This document shows, in pieces, positions 1 through 13,486 of a DNA stretch of 64,000 bases. This DNA comes from Octopus vulgaris (Eukaryota), in contig OX597815.1 in NCBI GenBank assembly GCA_951406725.2, forward strand, positions 99,448,001 through 99,512,000, given 5' to 3'. Position 1 is the first letter of the stretch. The number at the start of each line of letters is the position of its first letter. The position numbers and the translations under genes are program-made. The notes below the pieces were generated by a model that did no database searches, was not told where the DNA came from, and saw only the letters and a list, made by a program, of their open reading frames with translations.

Positions 1-76
1 GTAAATTGTCATTCTTGCCTTAAACATATGTTTTTAAGAAATAAAACAAACGACGTCTTGAGAAGTCAATTAGGCG

Positions 77-180
77 TCAGACAACTAAATGACAGTCCAA
101 CTAATCAGACAACTAAATGACAATCCAACTAATCAGACAACTAAATGACGGTCCAAATAATCAGACAACTGATAGTCCAA
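77..180. repeat. 28-bp tandem repeat, about 3.5 copies
   Basis: The unit ATCAGACAACTAAATGACAGTCCAACTA recurs with 1-2 substitutions per copy. Confidence 0.9.
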
Positions 181-1419
181 AAGCACCGGCTAAAGCCAGT
201 ATACTGGCTTAAGCCTACACTTTAACACCCATTATGATATTAAATAGCTATCATATCTACACAACCACTATCCTGCACAAATCAATCAAAGCTGTTGTTA
301 GATACGTCACTAATTTGATAATCTATTGGCCGATGTAGACCAGTATTTAGAAACAGGTCTTAATGCGGATCATGTTTCATAAACTATGTAAAAAGTCGGA
401 TTGGTTACAGTTGCTGTTGTTTAGGCGTAGGTTACAGTATGTCGAGGAGCTTTGGTCAAAAGGTTTCCAGCACTAACTAACCCGTCATTTTGTATATTTA
501 TGACCACATTGTACAATGCTTCACACGGTTCTCAGAGTACTGAGGTTTCATTTAGAGATTTGACTATGTATTTCATAATGTGTAAAACAAAACACATTGC
601 GGTTATTGCTTTGGCACGTGGACAGTGACAGTGGCTATTTCTAGATTGCTACGCATCAGTAAAACACTCAGTATTTATACATTGCTCTAGATTTTTATTT
701 TGTTAATATCTACGTCCATGATTGTATCATCGTCTTACCTTACCAAGAATAGAAAACAAGAAAGAAAAGAAAAGGAAGTCAACTACGATGGTGACCTATT
801 ACAACAATGTGAGACAATGAGGCTGTACTGCCAGAACCGAAAGTAGAAACGCTATAACGTGACTAACTGATTAGACCGCTCGAGGAAATGGACTAAAGTA
901 ATATTTTGAGCCACTGCACATCATCCTAGTTGGAAGTCAATGTTAGAGGAAACAACTGAGCGTCGGTAGATTGTTTGTTCTTTCTTAAATATTTTTTTCT
1001 ATGTACCCTTTCGAGATTTTCGAGATTATGATATTTTACGTCTTTGATTTCTTTCGAGTATACGTTGAATAAAACAGAACCAGGCAAGGGAGAAATGTGA
1101 TGTCGTTAACCGGTTATATGCTTTGAGTTATATTTTCATATGGATCTCAGATTGGATCATTTGGTGCCAAATGAGTTTGGGTAAAATTATTCGTATAGTG
1201 GCAAATATTATTCTTTAGGAAATACACATGCGATCAGGCTTGTCCAAACGCGTTGGTATCAATTTAAATTTCACCCAAGGCTAAAATCCCATATCATATG
1301 CTCCTATAGAATTCGAACTCACAGCACATAAGCACATCGTGGCACAATGATTTTACTTCATCTCACCCTGATGTAATCAATATTATACCTTGACAAATAT
1401 TAGGTTTATATATAAATGC

Positions 1420-1670
1420 ATGTATGTACATATATATATATATGTGTATGTATGTATGTATGTATGTATGTATGTATGTATGTATGTATGTATGTATGTA
1501 TGTATGTATGTATGTATGTATATGTATGTATATATGTATATATATATATATATGTTTGTGTATGTATGCATGTATGTATCTATGTATGTATGTATATGTA
1601 CATATATATATATATACATATATATATACATACATAAATACATACATACACACATACTTACATACTCACA
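1420..1670. repeat. (TATG)n/(TA)n compound microsatellite
   Basis: Directly visible; it explains the YVCM/IHTY ORFs. Confidence 0.95.
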
Positions 1671-2039
1671 TACACGACTCAGATACATACATATTCACAT
1701 ATGTGTTTTTATGCATGTATATACAAGTAGGTATACATACATTCATAAATACACATACGTGAATATGTATGCATGCGTGTTGTGTGCATGTGTATGTGAG
1801 AGTGTGTATATGTGTGGAAGTGATCACGAATGTGTCTATCACTGCCGCATGTAACTTATCCTCCAACTCTAGAAAAGTTGTGAAGAAGATTTCATATAAA
1901 AGAATGTACATAGATAAAATAAAAACATAGGAATACAGAAATATAAGTGTCTAACACAAAACGTGCGTTTTTATCGTATTTTTAGTTGATTTCTTATCAT
2001 TATTAGTCATTTTATAATCCTTTTTATGAGGGCTGCTAA

Positions 2040-2065
2040 TATCATTATTATCATTGTTGTTGTTG

Positions 2066-2124
<59 letters not shown>

Positions 2125-2211
2125 GTTATTATTATTATTGTTATTATTATTATTATTATTGTTATTATTATTATTGTTATTATTATTATTATTATTATTA
2201 TTGTTATTATT

Positions 2212-2298
<87 letters not shown>

Positions 2299-2365
2299 AT
2301 CATCATCATCATCATCACCATCATCATCATCATTATATTGTTGTTGTTGTGGTTGCTGTTGTTGT
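2040..2365. repeat. (ATT)n/(ATC)n/(GTT)n trinucleotide tract
   Basis: Directly visible; it gives the poly-I/poly-L ORFs. Confidence 0.95.
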
Positions 2366-2991
2366 TATTTCTATTATGGTGTGTCATTGCTATTAGCGTG
2401 ATTTACTTGTATTTACTATTGTCATTAGTACTAATAATTCTTGCATTAAATAACATCATGACTTTAGAAATTTTTTATATACTTTTCGTTAGATGACACG
2501 AATTTTTCGTCAGTTAATAATAATCAAATTAAGAGGTTAGATAAAATATTTATCAAATCTCACACTGTTGTACTACGCCTTCTCATTCTTTGCAGCCATT
2601 TTGAGATGAGATGTACTTCAGGCGGGAAACAATGGCGTCACAGGTAGCTTAAGTTGAGTCACGGAAACGATTTCAACCACTGACCGTGTGTCGTGTCTTG
2701 GAGGCTGGGTTGACGAGTTTCCTATTTCCTATTGCTCTATGCAAAAGTAAAGCACGATTTCTGAAACTCGGACACACCTTTATCGCATTTTTGCAGACTT
2801 CATATTCGATTTTTATTTTTAATTCGTAATTTCAGTCTATTTATTTTATTTATTTACTCACTGATCTAAAATTTCAGATTTGAGGAAAGAAAAAAAGTTA
2901 TCCCTCTTTCTTTTCATTGTTTATCAAAAGAATTACTATCAGAATTTAATTTCAGAAAACTTCTATTCACTTACTCACACACAATATATAG

Positions 2992-3042
<51 letters not shown>

Positions 3043-4064
3043 TGTGTATGTATTTGTCTGTATGTATGGCAGATATGTATACATGTATGTATATATGTAA
3101 GCATATATATGTACATATATGTATATTTGCATATGGATGCACGAATCTATATTTTTTATTTATTCTTTCTATCAACTACATTCTGTCAACTGTGTGTGGG
3201 GGGGTGCATATGGGTGTGAGTGTGCGCGTACGTGTGGGTGTATGCGCGCGTGTGTGTGTGTGTGTAAATACGCACTTATACACGCATACATACACACAAA
3301 CATACGCTTGTATTTAAGTATATAGATAGTATGACAAATTCCATCAGAATTTGAAATGAGGAATGATTTTCCTAAATTATGAAGAAATTTCAAAGTTATT
3401 ATTTCAATTGCCATCGGTTTAGATTTTTTGTTTTCTAATTTATCATAAAAGATATCAGGATATCATAATTTACCTACAGCACACACACACACTCACTTAC
3501 ACACACATATACTCACTCACACATGCTCACTCACTCACACACACACACTCAGTTACACACGCACGTACTCACTCACAAATACACACACAAATCACAAACA
3601 TAGATATAGTCATACATACACACCTGTACGCAATTATGTGTGTGTGTCAGTGTTTATGTGTGTGTGTATGCGCTTATGTATGGGTATCATAATATAAAGA
3701 ATCATAGAGTATTGGGAATCATAAAACTTATTTCACTTATCTTTTTGTTTCATTTTATTAACTCTGTATAACATGCTATCATTTCACAGCGCTCTATCCA
3801 TTACCTCTGTCTATTTCCCAATGTGTTTCTGTCGTCCCCACTTTCTTTTTCAATCATATAACTAGTCGCCCTCTATTAATTCATATTTCACTCTGTACGT
3901 ATGTGCGTACACACGTACACACACAAACACACACGTACGTATAATATACATACCTGTATATATATATATATATATATATATAGCAACACCTTCCACGCTG
4001 CAATTCTTTTCGTTCCAACACGCGATCTCTGATCAGGCCACTTGCTATGCAAGTACATCTCCGC

Positions 4065-4103
<39 letters not shown>

Positions 4104-4217
4104 TGAGAGAGAGTGGTTAACTTTACGGGGCTGTCACGTTAAGTTGACAGTATACAACCAATCTATCGCTCCACCACCGCACATATCTCTATGAGATATT
4201 TAGAAATTTAATATTTC

Positions 4218-4306
<89 letters not shown>

Positions 4307-4734
4307 GTATATATAAAAATTAAAAATTGTATAATATAGCAGCATTTTCGAACTTCATTTTTAACAAATATTTATATATATATATATATATATTCCTCTT
4401 TCTCACTCACAATATGTTTTTATTTTTTTCTGTTCAAGGAGTAGAAGCCATAATGTTAAGGAAAACACTTTATGGCAGGATCTGAACACAGGTATTAAAA
4501 GTAGTGCATTAAATATCTGTAAGCCATTCAATGAAAGACTCGATAATTTTTGCTGCCTTAGTAACTTATATAGCAGTTTTCAAAAGATACAATTTAATGA
4601 GGTTTACTTGAATCCCAGGACCAGAACTTTTGGATGAGGGCAAAATCGATGACTACATCCTCATGGTTAATCACAAACAATTATTTTTCTAAATTATTTT
4701 AAATTCATTTCTCATTCATTTGCATCTTAGTGGC

Positions 4735-4899
4735 ACATAGCATCGGTTCTCGTCACTTTAATTCAAATACATGATTCGCAGTGCAAGCAATGAGATTGAA
4801 TGCAATTGGTAAGAAAATTTAGAGGTATATGGAGTGTTAGATTGGAATGAAAGTAAAGTTTAACAAAAAGCGACGTAGATTCTATGTCGACGAAACGAG
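4735..4899. repeat. Dispersed direct repeat, copy 1 (copy 2 at 5601-5790)
   Basis: Both copies share CACTTTAATTCAAATACA ... GAGGTATATGGAGTGTTAGATTGGAATGAAAGTAAAGTTTAACAAAAAGCGA ... GAAACGAG. Confidence 0.85.
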
Positions 4900-5005
4900 T
4901 TTCTTGTAAATATTTTCGTGTATCACGCCACCCAAAACACGACTGGGTGAGACACGAATAAACGAATAGTATTTTAAGTCCTGTCCAAATTTCAGTTACT
5001 ACATG

Positions 5006-5066
<61 letters not shown>

Positions 5067-5089
5067 CTATGTATATATATATATATATT

Positions 5090-5390
5090 TACTACTAATA
5101 TAGGATAAAACTTTTTTCCAGAAAAGAATTTCATCAAAAGTGGCAGCATATTAAAATACCTTTAACGGTTAAAATTATAAACAATTTATAAACAAGAGCG
5201 AAAGAAAAAATATTTCTATCCCAATATGCTGAGAACAGACTTTAAATCGTCAACCACATTTCAATATACATTCACTATAAATACACGTCGTACTGAAATC
5301 GAGAATTTTTTTTTTAATTCCGTCATTTGTACATTGAATAAATTTTGGGATTAATCCTATGGATTTTTCCCTCTTCAGTAGAAAATCTCA
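5090..5390 (-). mobile_element. Penelope-like 3' end fragment with a decayed hammerhead motif
   Basis: Colinear with 15657-15860 (TTATAAACAAG...CCAATATGC...CACTATAA...AATTCCGT). The minus strand reads CTGAAGA-GGGA..ATCC ATA GGATT..TCCC-AAAA. Flanked by (TA)n. Confidence 0.55.
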
Positions 5391-5394
5391 ATAA

Positions 5395-5434
<40 letters not shown>

Positions 5435-5449
5435 TTATATAATTATATA

Positions 5450-5523
<74 letters not shown>

Positions 5524-5533
5524 AGTGTGTGCA

Positions 5534-5565
<32 letters not shown>

Positions 5566-5600
5566 CATACACATACATACACACACACACACACATATAC

Positions 5601-5790
5601 ACAGATAGCATTGGTTCTCTTCACTTTAATTCAAATACAAAATTCGCTGTGTAAGCAATGGGATTCAGACAAATTTTATTTAACGATTGAATGCAATAGG
5701 TAAGAAAATGTAGAGGTATATGGAGTGTTAGATTGGAATGAAAGTAAAGTTTAACAAAAAGCGATGTAGATTCTATGTCAAGGAAACGAG
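5601..5790. repeat. Dispersed direct repeat, copy 2
   Basis: Matches 4735-4899 and carries an extra ~23 nt between two GATT microhomologies. Confidence 0.85.
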
Positions 5791-5804
5791 AATATATATA
5801 TATT

Positions 5805-6221
5805 ACTCTTTTTACTCTTTTACTCTTTTACTTGTTTCAGTTATTTGACTGCGGCCATGCTGGAGCACCGCCTTTAATCGAGCAACTCGACCCCGGGACT
5901 TATTCTTTTGTAAGCCCAGTACTTATTCTATCGGTCTCTTTTGCCGAACCGCTAAGTAACGGGGACATAAACACACCAGCATCGGTTGTCAAGCAATGCT
6001 AGGGGGACAAACACACTCACACAAACACACACACGCATATATATATATATATATATATACATATATACGACGGGCTTCTTTCAGTTTCCGTCTACCAAAT
6101 CCACTCACAAGGCTTGGTCGGCCTGAGGCTAAAGTAGAAGACACTTGCCCAAGGTGCAACGCAGTGGGACTGAACCCGGAACCATGTGGCTAGTTAGCAA
6201 GCTACTTACCACACAGCCACT

Positions 6222-6224
<3 letters not shown>
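5805..6224 (-). mobile_element. tRNA-derived SINE, family A, near full length
   Basis: The minus-strand head AGGAGTGGCTGTGTGGTAAG...GGGTTCAGTCCCACTG has A/B-box-like motifs. It has an internal CA/TA tract and a (TACTCTTT)n tail, with related copies near 14.96k, 32.55k and 33.35k. Confidence 0.85.
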
Positions 6225-6256
<32 letters not shown>

Positions 6257-7740
6257 TCATACAGACAATGCAACCTTGATAGATCAAGCGTAACCATATT
6301 TCCAAGTAGCAGTCTATGTACGCATCGATCAGCTCTTTTCAGATGTTTTCTCTGCTGTAAGATAGGTGTATTATTGCATTTGACGTTTGTCCTATTCATT
6401 CTTGTAATGTTCCATAGACCTTATTCTGGGAACGACCAACGAGTTCTTGACTACCCACATGCTATGAAAAATATCTGGTTTCCAACGTTGTGAGAACGCG
6501 ATTCCTAGTTCATTGTCTTCCATGACACAGTCAAATTCATTAGAATTAGTGGCCTTTGTTGCCTCAGACGGCAAAATATCAACTAAATCCGTGTGATGGG
6601 AATTTTAACTGCTGCTCCGGGCCATCTTCCATCGCCTAAGCACGTGACATAGCAAATCATTGAAGCCGTCCACTGATCTTTTCTTAGGCCACTATCCCAC
6701 CTTAGCATTCGCTGTCTTACTGTATGCATTACTCCATGAATGCCATAGCGATGTGTGTGTGTGTGTGCGCGCGCGTATGTGGGTGTGTGAAGGTATGTGA
6801 GTGCGTGTATGTGTATGTCCCAAATGTCCTACTATCTGTTACTCAGAATTTTGTGTTTATCGTTGATCACGCTAGTTGCATGATTAAACAGGAAAATGCG
6901 AGGCTCTAGATCGCTATAAAGTGACATCTAGGCGCTTCTATGAAATCTTTTCCAATAATACTTCTACAGAGAACTTTTTTCCGCTGATTTCTAATCTCAA
7001 ATATACACTCACACGCGTGCACGCACACTTGTACATATACGTGATTGAGTACACACACATATATATATACTTACCTACATACCCACATACATACATGTAG
7101 ATATAGATATGCAAAAGTAGAAACACGTCCAAGTTTGTACAGGAAGAACATAGTAACTTATTGGTAGCGACCCCTCCAAGTAAATTACTAAGTTACGAAG
7201 GTACAATAGACCAAGTTGACCCCAATGTCATTTGATCTGAGAACCATCAGGCACAATATTAGCAATTGCAATATATTTAATAATGGTATTCAATTTTTCT
7301 AGACCGTTCTACCTTATGTACTTCACTCTCTTAGGTGCAATATTATTGAGACACTCGCCGGAGTTAGATCGTCAGTAAAATACATGTTGATATGACTATT
7401 TATCATTGTGCTCTTGTTGGAAAATTGAATGCTAAATCAATTCTTCTTACTGCCTATGTAGATTGTCTGTCCGCCAGTCTATCTGTCCCTACATTTGTGG
7501 CTCTGACATCTTCAGTCTGTCACCGTTTCATTCTCACTATTTCTTGCCTGTCCTGTTTCTTCTTAGTTTCATTTATTTCTTTATCTATGGATATTTGTAG
7601 ATCATTCTATCTTATCTCTCGCTGTTCCTTTCCATTTTTTTCTATCTTTCTATGCTGCTCTAACTCACCTTTTCTTCCCGTATCTCTCTGCTTTCTCTCT
7701 CAATATACATATATATATATATATGTGTGTGTGTGTGTAT

Positions 7741-7799
<59 letters not shown>

Positions 7800-7834
7800 C
7801 ACACAGATATATGTATATGTATTTATATACGCAG

Positions 7835-7884
<50 letters not shown>

Positions 7885-7885
7885 G

Positions 7886-7928
<43 letters not shown>

Positions 7929-8354
7929 CTATCAGTCAGCAGCTTTAGAATAGATTCTTCCATATTCTTTTATATCGCTTTAGCTTAGTGTCTGAATATT
8001 TCTTTTGAATTTGTCTAAAGATAATAAGAATAATATAGCATTAATATTATAGTATGTGTCTGTGTGTTTGTGTGTCTGTGTGTCTGTGTGTGTCTCTGTG
8101 TGTGTAAGTGTGTGTATATACATATACATACGTATGCATAAATATGTGTGTGTATAAATATAAATATATATATGTATATGCATGAATGTATGTATGTATA
8201 TATGTATGTTTGTACGTATGTAGTTGCCTGTAAAATATCTCAAAACAGATTTTGTAACAATTATACAAGCATATCGATTATGATTAACCAACAACAGAAG
8301 TAGCAGCAGCAAAAGGAGTAGTAGAAGTAGCAGTGGCAGCAGCAGCAGCAGCAT

Positions 8355-8402
<48 letters not shown>

Positions 8403-8448
8403 CAATAATGTTGAAATCAATAAAAATATTTACAAAATAACAACAACG

Positions 8449-8487
<39 letters not shown>

Positions 8488-8949
8488 GATTACAAAGATG
8501 TAAACTTACAGATTTGTTCGTTACAATACAAGCATCAAATACCAATGTCTCATTTGTGATATTTTTTGTTAAGATTTTTGTTTTCTTTCTGACGTTCTTT
8601 TTTAAAATCTTCGGGAAAATATTTAGAATCCGCTAATGATAAACCAAATGTAGCATAATGCTAATATAAAACAATAACAATCAGAATAAAAACAAATAAA
8701 TATACTGAGAAAAAGAAGAATAATGTCAGTACGTTCGATTCCCTGAACACTACCCAGCGCCATTATCATCATCATTATCATTTATTGGTTGTTGTTGTTG
8801 TTGTTGTTCTTCTTCTTCTACTTGTGGTGGTGGTGTGGGGATGTTTATATACATGTATATGTGTATGCACCACTCCACACTACATATACATATATACATG
8901 TAATTATATGTTAACATACATATATAGAAAGAAATTGATTGATAGATAA

Positions 8950-8994
<45 letters not shown>

Positions 8995-9269
8995 CAGACA
9001 TATAGATAGAAATACGTATGAAGTCACGTACATTTGTATATGGATATGGAATTATAGAAAGGCATACTTTTAAAACTTATACACATACATATATAGATCG
9101 GTATTTATATATATAAATATATACATACACGCACATACAATATATATGTAACTATATATGCATTTTTACGTATATGTATATATATATGTGTGTGTGTATG
9201 TGTGTTTATATATGTGTAAGTATATGTGTACATGCATACACAGACAGATGTATATTGATATACATTCAT

Positions 9270-9458
<189 letters not shown>

Positions 9459-10652
9459 AATATAAATGTATATATATGTATATATGTATATATATATGTA
9501 AATGTATATATACTTATAAATATATACATATGTATGCATGTATGTATACTGATTTTGATTTTGATGCTAAAACTAGAATATTTAAACAAAATATTAATGA
9601 AGATGTTTTTGTATCACAAGTTTTTTTTTATGTCTTTGTTTCAAGATTTTTGTTGGCCAACTTCTCCACCCATCGATGTTTCCTGTTCGTTATTCTATGT
9701 TTCACCGTAATCACCACTGTTGTCATCATCGTGAGTAGAGTATCGGGATTACTATCGTTATCATTATCGCCATCATCTATAATCATCATTATCATCATCA
9801 TCATCATCATCATCACCATCAAAGCTGCTATCCTGGTTAACACCGCCACAATTATCACCATCATCATCATCAGCAGCAGCAGCAGCAGCAACAGCAGTGC
9901 TGTGTTTGTAGTCATCATTCTCATCATCATGTAACCTCCTCATCGTTATTACCTTCAGTCATTACCATCATCTTTGTTATATGTTATGTTATGCTGATTC
10001 GTGCAGGACGAATCCGGCTATCAGCCAAAATTTATCGTGGGGATCGCGCCGACACCCAACTTTAACAAGACAGGACAAACGGTGTTCCTCGCTTTAGAGC
10101 CGTGGTTCTCTACTATTTTCCCCATATACACCTCTTTGTTTGCTATTTTACTCTGGTGTACTCCCACAGTCTTTCAATGTTTAAAAGCTAATTACAAAGA
10201 TTATTCTTGTATAGTTTGAGCTATACAAAACATCAGAGAAAGAAAACTAGCTGTTTCTTGCAATGCATATATTTAAATAAGAACTTTTCATGGAATCTTA
10301 GGACACTACTGGGGATCCCTAATTTACTATTTTGCTAGCGTAGACCCTACAAAACATTGTATGGTTCCCCAGCAGCATTTCGTCCGTCTTTACAGCATTT
10401 CGTCCATGTTTACGTTCCTAGTTCACATTCCGCTAAGGTCAGTTTTACCTTTAATCTTTTCGGGGTCAATGAAATACGTACCAATTGCACACTCGGGTCT
10501 TGTGCCAAAATTTGAAATCATTATTAATATAAAAAATAATTCAGCGACGTGTTATACCGAAAAGTCTCATAGCATTGAAATGTGTCCCATGCTGATTTGA
10601 TTCGATTTTACACTTAATTTTACTGCATTCAATAAACTGTTAGTCATTAAAG

Positions 10653-12301
10653 CAGTGGCGCTCAAACTTTTCAAAAAATTTTACGTGCCAGTCACCTTGC
10701 AGTTTTTTCCCGATGATTTGTGGTCCTCAATAAAATGCAGGATAATTAACATAGAAATAATGACAAACATTCGGGTACCGTAATTTCCGGATTATGAACC
10801 GCACTGCCTATAGACCCACAACCCTGAAAATCACAACTTAATCCATGCAATACTCCATTGCGATACAATAAATACACATGAAGATATGAGGAATCCGTTG
10901 ATCAATTGGTTACAAGACAAATGAGACAAGAAAACAGCCCGAAACTATCCCCAGCATCCTGTATTAACAACTGCGCAAGACCCATTTTTTGCCCATTTAG
11001 CAGACAGAAACTGCAGGTCATACACCGAAAACTACGGCATATTTATGTACGTGACAGTGGTTCTCTATCTTTTGGTATCACCTTCGCCTTTCACCGTTTG
11101 AGATGCTATTCCTCCCTATTGCCAGGCCATTCCTCGTATTGGTTATCCAGTGATGCATTTCAACCAATTTACCTATTGTCAGCAGAATTTTAATATCATC
11201 CCAAAATGTACAGATGTTTATGTCAATTGGACCACTATTATGCACGGAAAACCACAATTTTAGTAGAAACACTGTCTTCTCTTCTACCCATGAAAGTTTG
11301 TCATCCCTGATACATAACATGACAAAAAGAATTATATAAGGAATTATTTATTCACAAAAGCAGACCATCTGTCATTTTATATACAGCTGGCTTTGTTTTG
11401 GTGAGGGCAACCTTCATTTCTGGTGTGACATCCAGTCGATTTCATGACTTCTTTTTTGACGGCAAGGGAAGTGGAATACTAGGTCTCACATTCATAGGTG
11501 GTTGGAAATGACACCAGTTCTTTAAGAGCCATCGGTGCGACATCAGGATATGACAGTGCCATTTCAATCCAAAAGTCAGAAGAGCACATTTCACAGAAAA
11601 AACATTTTGCACCTCCATCATTGCCCAAATCAATGAATTACTCTAGAATCAAGTTATCTTCTGTTGGCAGATATTTAACAGAGAGTACAAGGAGCTTCCT
11701 CATAAAGCGGAAGTATTCATCAAAGTCATGAAGAACAGGAAAATAAAGAGAATATTTTCCTGCTAAGTATTGACACGTGTTGCTTCAGGAGTTCAACGAT
11801 ATCGTCATCGACTTGAAGCTCGTTTTCATCTATAAACGTTTTTAGTTGAAGAAATGATGCAAAGTTCTTTGTATCTAACTTTGGGTGCCAAAGTTCAAGC
11901 TTCATTTTGAAAGAAGTGTTTCATGAGACTGAAACGTGTTTATATCTTTCCTTTGCAATGGAAGATTGACGGCCTTTACTGACACGAATATGACCAGCAA
12001 CAATGCCAAGCAGATCAGAAAACGAACATCAGAGAATATGGCGTGCAAATCTGGCTTGGCATCTTGTAAAAAAATTGAGAACTCCTTTTCGTAGAAGGAA
12101 GACTCTCTTTATTGTTTTCCCTCGAAAGCTATCTCACAAATGAGATGGCTTTCGAACCACTTTCTAAACATTCAGAACAACTTTCTTTGCACAACTCGGC
12201 AAACAGACGGGAGTTGAGTGCGTTCGCTTTGATGAAGTTCGCCGTTGTAATCAAGTAATTCTGAATATTTTTTAAACTGGACCCCACTTTAAGAGCCCCT
12301 G
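10653..12301 (-). mobile_element. Internally deleted hAT (Buster/Charlie-like) DNA transposon
   Basis: Imperfect TIRs CAGTGGCGCTCAAACT and CAGGGGCTCTTAAAGT, an 8-bp TSD CATTAAAG (10645-10652) / CATTAATG (12302-12309), and transposase relics inside. Confidence 0.8.
11380..12255 (-). pseudogene. hAT transposase C-terminal remnant
   Basis: Hand translation gives ANFIKANALNSRLFAELCK, FWIEMALSYPDVAPMALKELVSFPTTYECET and RLDVTPEMKVALTKTKP, matching the hAT dimerisation region. It has stops and frameshifts. Confidence 0.8.
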
Positions 12302-12735
12302 CATTAATGTAATGAATGTAGTTTATTTGTAGTCTTGTGCATAGGTTAGAAAATCGTAATTATATATTGTTAATAAGGCTGCGATCTCGCAGAATCGTTA
12401 GAACGCCGGGCAAAATACATACGTCTGTCTATGTTTTCTAAGTTCAAATTCTGCCATAATAACAGCGCTAAGCAGTGTTTAGGCTTAAGCGAACTTCAGG
12501 TGAACTGACATACGCTTGCGACATATTTCAACGACTAAAGACAAATTCACTGCAGTTACCGTCGCAACACTGGTCACATATATTGTTTTCACACTTTTCT
12601 TCCAATAAGAGATACATTTTTCCCTATAATAACTACAGTGAATTTGCTTTTAGCAGTCGAAATATGTTACAAACATATTTTAACTACTGTAAAGTTCACT
12701 CATGCCTTAACACTGCCTAACGCTGAGATTTTAGT

Positions 12736-12769
<34 letters not shown>

Positions 12770-12770
<1 letters not shown>

Positions 12771-13105
12771 TAAAATAATAAGGGTGAAAAACTGAATATT
12801 AATTTGATTAATATCAATTTAAAACCAGTGGTCCAGCATATAGAAAAATCTGAAGATTCAGAAAAATTATATTGCATACATATATGAGGCATGACCACTA
12901 AGTGGACATCCATTATGCTAGAAGTCAATCTTTGTGATCTTACCTCTAAGAAAGGAATATTTTGTATCTTTTCATTTGTCTTGCTCCCTTACGTTCTGGC
13001 GTTTGCTAAATTTTCTTGAGAACATTCCTTTCTTAGTGGTAAGACCACAGGGGGTCGATTTCTGGCGTAATGGATGTCCACTTAGTGGACATCCCTCTTA
13101 TATGT
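12770..13105. mobile_element. Fold-back element, probably Penelope-like 3' end derived
   Basis: Inverted arms at about 12880-12958 and 13024-13102, a one-sided extension containing ACCAGTGGTCCAGCAT, and an adjacent (TA)n. Confidence 0.65.
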
Positions 13106-13149
13106 ATATATATGTGCGTATGTGTCCTTGTGTGTGTGCCACTCTATAG

Positions 13150-13406
13150 ACCAGACTATCGGATGTTGTTACACACCTCTAGTCACAATACGCTTTCTCG
13201 CATGCATGTAGCCTTCAGATGATGCCAACCCGTAGTGTAGGCGGACAGGCCAAAATTAGCTCTGAGCAGAGTTCAGGGTTACACATCTATAGCTGAATGA
13301 ACTGTGAAGTATTTTGTTCAAGATCAAAACGTACCATCGGTCTGGAGTCGAAACCACGACTTTGCGATAGTGAGTGCAACTCTCTAGCTACTAGGCCACG
13401 CGCCTT
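13150..13406 (-). mobile_element. tRNA-derived SINE, family C-like
   Basis: The minus-strand head AGGCGCGTGGCCTAGTAGCTAG...GGTTTCGACTCCAGACCG resembles the head at 47073. Confidence 0.6.
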
Positions 13407-13437
13407 CACAGACACATACAGACATATAACCTCCACC

Positions 13438-13486
<49 letters not shown>

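Noticed and set aside
6392-6574. APE endonuclease fragment
   Set aside because: Only a vague resemblance (NELGIA), with no diagnostic motif.
12850-12875. CTGAAGA-TTCA-GAAA as a hammerhead core
   Set aside because: There is no room for helix II and no helix I pairing.
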